A stretch of 64,000 bases of DNA from Thermoplasmata archaeon. Its GTDB lineage: Archaea > Thermoplasmatota > Thermoplasmata > Lutacidiplasmatales > UBA184. Below, piece by piece: positions 60,807 to 64,000 of the stretch. The translations under genes were made by a program, and so were the position numbers. The stretch spans positions 3,480 through 67,479 of the forward strand of contig JBAUZT010000005.1 of the NCBI GenBank assembly GCA_049585415.1, given 5' to 3'. Numbering within the stretch: the stretch's first letter is position 1; each line of letters opens with the position of its first letter. The notes under the pieces were generated by a model. The model did no database searches, was not told where the DNA came from, and worked only from the letters and a program-made list of their open reading frames with translations.

Positions 60807-61262
60807 ATGTCCAGGATCCACTCCGGCCACAAGGGTCGTGCGGGCTCGCACCGGCCCTATCCACTGACGAAGCCGGAGTGGGTGACCGCGTCCTCCGAAG
60901 AGGTCACGGCCCAGGCCGTCCAGCTCGCGAAGGGCGGGATGGGCCAAGCGCTCGTCGGCCAGACCCTGCGCGACTCCTACGCGATCCCGCTCTCCCGGGC
61001 GATCACCGGCAAGCGGCTCGGCGTGCTCCTCAGCGAGAACGGAGTGAAGCCCGAGATCCCGGACGACCTCCAGGCGCTCCTGAAGCGCGTCGTCCACCTG
61101 CAGCGCCACCTCCAAACCCATCCGAAGGACCTTTCCAATCGCCGCGGGCTGAGCCTGATGGAATCGCGGATCCGACGTCTCGCCCGCTACTACCGCCGAC
61201 GGCGCAAGCTTCCGGAGAGCTGGCGCTATTCTGCCGCGGGCGCCGCGCTCCAGGTGGAGTGA
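60807..61262 (+). CDS. rps15: 30S ribosomal protein S15 (S15P/S13e)
   Basis: [18 protein letters not shown]… N-terminus and C-terminal S15 fold (…[32 protein letters not shown]…). Confidence 0.85.
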   Translation: MSRIHSGHKGRAGSHRPYPLTKPEWVTASSEEVTAQAVQLAKGGMGQALVGQTLRDSYAIPLSRAITGKRLGVLLSENGVKPEIPDDLQALLKRVVHLQRHLQTHPKDLSNRRGLSLMESRIRRLARYYRRRRKLPESWRYSAAGAALQVE

Positions 61263-62650
61263 TGCCCTCGGGCCCCGACGGCTACGTCGCCGACCCGAAG
61301 TATCGCGCCGAGTTCGAAAAGGCCCGCGCCCTCGTGCTCAGTCACCCGCGCCGCTGGCGCGTGATCTACCATTACGACGCGGACGGCATCGCGAGCGCTT
61401 CGTCGGCGCTGCGCGCGCTCGCTCGGCTCGGCTACCCCGCACAAGCGACCGCGCTCGCGGGCGTCGAACGGGAACGGATGGAGGAACTGTTGCGGAGCAC
61501 TCCGAGCCCGGTCCTCATCGTCGATACCGGAGCGACCTGGCTCGACCTCTACGGCGCCCATCCCCATCCGGTCGTGGTCCTCGACCACCACAAGTACGCC
61601 GGCGCCCCGAACCCGCCGCCGCTACCGGAGCACGTCGCGTTCGTGGACCCGCTCGACTGGGGGGTCGACGGGATGATCGAGATGTGCGCGGCGACCCTCA
61701 CTTGGCTCTTCACGGTCTTTCTCGACCCGCTCAACTGGGACAACGCACCGTGGGGCCTTTCGGGGGCGATCGGGGATCGCCAGCACGTCGGCGGTTTCCA
61801 GGGGCTGAACGCGCGGCTCGTGGACGAGGCGATCGCCCGCTCCCAGGTGATCCGACGCGCCGGCGTCGCGCTCTTCGGACCCACGATGGGTTCGGCGATC
61901 ACCGGCAGCATCGACCCCTACCTCCGGGGACTCTCGGGCCGGCCCGAGGCGGTGGGAAAGTTCCTCGAGCGGATCGGGATCGACCCCGGGCGTCCGCCGT
62001 CGAGCCTGAAGCCGGAGGAGACCCGAACGCTCGTCGCGGCGCTCCGCGAGATCCTGACGCAACGGCGCATTCCGCCCGAGGCGCTCAAGGTCTTCGACCA
62101 GGAGCGCTGGTTCGTCCCGTCCCTGGGCCTCGACGCGGAGGAGATCTCGAACCTCCAGAGCGCCGCGGGTCGCGCGCGGGCGAGCGGGGTCGGGGTCGCC
62201 TATGCCCTGGGCGACCCGACCGCGGCCCAGCGGTGCCGGGAGGCGGAAGCGGTCTGGAGGAACGGCATCCTCCGTGGCCTCTTGCGACTCGAAGACGAGG
62301 GTGTAAATTCGATGAGATACTTGCAGTGGTTCGAGAGCCCGGAGCTCACGCTCGCGGGAACTCAGGCCGGGATGGCGATCCTCTACCTCCTCGATGCGAG
62401 CTCCCCGGTGTTCGTCTTCTCGGCCGCCCCCGGACCGACCAAGGTGAGCGGCCGGGGCACGTTCGAACTGATCGACCGGGGGCTCGACCTCTCCGCGGTC
62501 TGCCGCATCGCCGCGCTCGCCGTCGGCGGCGAAGGCGGGGGCCACCGCATCGCGGCGGGGGCGACGATCCCCCACGACGCGCGCGACCGCTTCCTCGCCG
62601 AGGCGGACCGCCTCGTCGGCGAGCAGATCGGCGTGCGGGCGGAGGCGTAG
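61262..62650 (+). CDS. DHH/DHHA1 phosphoesterase (archaeal RecJ-like/GAN-type nuclease)
   Basis: DHH motif [18 protein letters not shown]1 motif [13 protein letters not shown] overlaps the rps15 stop (TGATG). Confidence 0.8.
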   Translation: MPSGPDGYVADPKYRAEFEKARALVLSHPRRWRVIYHYDADGIASASSALRALARLGYPAQATALAGVERERMEELLRSTPSPVLIVDTGATWLDLYGAHPHPVVVLDHHKYAGAPNPPPLPEHVAFVDPLDWGVDGMIEMCAATLTWLFTVFLDPLNWDNAPWGLSGAIGDRQHVGGFQGLNARLVDEAIARSQVIRRAGVALFGPTMGSAITGSIDPYLRGLSGRPEAVGKFLERIGIDPGRPPSSLKPEETRTLVAALREILTQRRIPPEALKVFDQERWFVPSLGLDAEEISNLQSAAGRARASGVGVAYALGDPTAAQRCREAEAVWRNGILRGLLRLEDEGVNSMRYLQWFESPELTLAGTQAGMAILYLLDASSPVFVFSAAPGPTKVSGRGTFELIDRGLDLSAVCRIAALAVGGEGGGHRIAAGATIPHDARDRFLAEADRLVGEQIGVRAEA

Positions 62651-64000
62651 TGAGCGGAGCTCCGGAGGCGGCGCCGCCGCCCGAACCCGAGCGGCTCCAC
62701 GACCGGCCGCTCGAACGCGAGATGCATCAGTCGTACCTCGACTACGCGATGAGCGTCATCGTCGGGCGCGCCCTGCCCGACGGTCGCAACGGCTTGAAAC
62801 CGGTGCAGCGCCGCATCCTGTGGTCGATGTGGGAGTCCGGCGCGACCCACGACCGGCCCTACCGAAAGTCGGCGCGCACGGTCGGCGACGTCCTCGGCAA
62901 GTACCATCCGCACGGCGACCTCGCGGTCTACGACGCGCTCGTGCGGATGGCCCAGCCGTTCAGCCTCCGCTACCCGCTCATTGACGGCCAGGGGAACTTC
63001 GGCTCGATCGACGGCGACTCCCCGGCGGCGATGCGGTACACCGAGGCGCGGCTCAGCGTGATCGCCGAGGAGCTCCTCCTCGACATCGAGAAGGAGACGG
63101 TCGACTGGACCGACAACTTCGACGGGACGCTCAAGGAGCCGCTCGACGTTCCGTCCAAGATCCCGAACCTCCTGGTGAACGGCTCCGCCGGGATCGCGGT
63201 CGGCATGGCGACCAACATGCCGCCGCACAACCTGAACGAGGTCGCGGACGCGCTCCTGCTCTTGATCGCGAACCCCGACGTCGGGCTCGACGAGCTCTCG
63301 AAGGTCGTCCCCGGTCCGGACTTCCCGACGGGCGGATACCTCTCCGCGGAAGGGATCCGCGAGGCGTACGCCACCGGCCGCGGCACGCTCCACCTCCGCG
63401 GGACCGCCGAGATCCGCGAGCGGGACGGGCGCGACGAGATCGTGATCACCGAGATCCCGTACGAGGTCAACAAGACCGCGCTCCTCGAACTGATCGCGGA
63501 GCTCGTGAAGAGCAAGCGGATCGACGGGATCACCGACCTTCGGGACGAGTCGGACCGCCACGGCACGAGCGTGGTCCTCGAGCTGCGCCGGGACGCTCCC
63601 GCCGAGATCGTGCTCAACCGTCTCTACGAGCACACCCCGCTCGAGACGAGCTTCGGTGTGATCAACCTCTGCCTGGTCGGCGGGCGTCCCCAGGTCCTGC
63701 CGCTCAAGGAGCTCCTCCAGATCCACCTCGACCACCGCCGGCTCGTCCTCACCCGCCGGACGACGTTCGACCTGCGGAAGACCGAAGAGCGGCTCCACCT
63801 CCTCGAAGGATTCCTCACAGCGATCGACCACATCGACGAGGTGATCAAGATCATCCGCCGATCGCGCGACGTCGCTTCCGCCGAGGCGAGCCTCATGGGA
63901 AAGTTCCTCCTCTCGAGCGAGCAGGCGAAGGCGATCCTCGACATGCGGCTCGCCCGGCTCACGGCCCTCGAGCGCGAGGCGGTCGAGCAGGAGAAGAACG
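62650..64000 (+). CDS. gyrA: DNA gyrase subunit A; 3' end lies outside the window
   Basis: GyrA N-terminal motifs [32 protein letters not shown], catalytic Tyr region [10 protein letters not shown], GyrA-box-free N-terminal domain. GTG start overlaps the previous stop (TAGTG). Not in the ORF track because no stop falls in the window. Confidence 0.9.
   Translation, partial: MSGAPEAAPPPEPERLHDRPLEREMHQSYLDYAMSVIVGRALPDGRNGLKPVQRRILWSMWESGATHDRPYRKSARTVGDVLGKYHPHGDLAVYDALVRMAQPFSLRYPLIDGQGNFGSIDGDSPAAMRYTEARLSVIAEELLLDIEKETVDWTDNFDGTLKEPLDVPSKIPNLLVNGSAGIAVGMATNMPPHNLNEVADALLLLIANPDVGLDELSKVVPGPDFPTGGYLSAEGIREAYATGRGTLHLRGTAEIRERDGRDEIVITEIPYEVNKTALLELIAELVKSKRIDGITDLRDESDRHGTSVVLELRRDAPAEIVLNRLYEHTPLETSFGVINLCLVGGRPQVLPLKELLQIHLDHRRLVLTRRTTFDLRKTEERLHLLEGFLTAIDHIDEVIKIIRRSRDVASAEASLMGKFLLSSEQAKAILDMRLARLTALEREAVEQEKN

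Noticed and set aside
1-64000. CRISPR arrays, rRNA genes, further tRNAs, and restriction endonucleases next to the methyltransferase
   Set aside because: No regularly spaced direct repeats, no rRNA-like conserved stretches and no additional cloverleaf candidates were found on manual scanning. No endonuclease-like ORF is adjacent to the methyltransferase.

Overview
This is a 64 kb, high-GC chromosomal segment (roughly 67–75% GC by eye) from an archaeon. The archaeal assignment rests on Alba, TFS, RpoL/Rpo11, archaeal-type ProRS, AspRS and TrpRS, archaeosine synthase ArcS, ribosomal protein S15P/S13e, DUF373, and TATA boxes 24–30 nt upstream of start codons (leaderless mRNAs). GyrA and the overall gene content suggest a euryarchaeal or Thermoplasmatota-like organism, but I cannot place it precisely without a database.

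Most of the window is housekeeping: thiL, gdhA, a purine PRTase, proS, an aminotransferase, Trm5, a fumarase/aspartase-family lyase, aspS, tfs, purD, rpoL, kptA, an aldehyde dehydrogenase, a GT2 glycosyltransferase, a Hef-like helicase, dut, ubiD–ubiA, arcS, carA–carB, ssb, trpS, and rps15–recJ-like–gyrA. Many apparent ORFs on the opposite strand of these genes are Arg/Pro/Gly-rich shadow ORFs typical of high-GC DNA, and I rejected them. I saw no rRNA genes and no CRISPR array.

The parts that deserve a second look are:
- **tRNA-Val island (36176–40428).** A tRNA-Val gene and a 25-nt direct repeat of its 3' end bracket a roughly 4.2 kb segment of lower GC. The segment carries a single 1289-aa PKD/Ig-domain surface glycoprotein gene behind a strong leaderless promoter. 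This looks like an integration-site island or an element remnant, but no integrase is visible.
- **Phosphate/polyphosphate neighbourhood (41053–46694).** It contains a PhoU-like gene, sixA, two overlapping thymidylate-kinase-like genes directly downstream of ppx/gppA, and a divergent CHAD gene. The Tmk-like pair is a candidate heteromeric polyphosphate kinase.
- **Effector-less STAND-like NTPase–TPR gene (8219–10639)** with an adjacent paralog (6569–8176) that has lost the NTPase domain.
- **An IS630-family element (24048–25187)** inserted exactly into a CTAG that formed the overlapping stop codons of two convergent genes. Both genes stay intact.
- **A DNA methyltransferase with an N-terminal winged helix (46717–48228)** coupled to an internally duplicated zinc-ribbon protein (48276–48572).
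- **Two paralogous small winged-helix-like proteins (58989–59324 and 60378–60731)** flanking an MBL hydrolase upstream of rps15.
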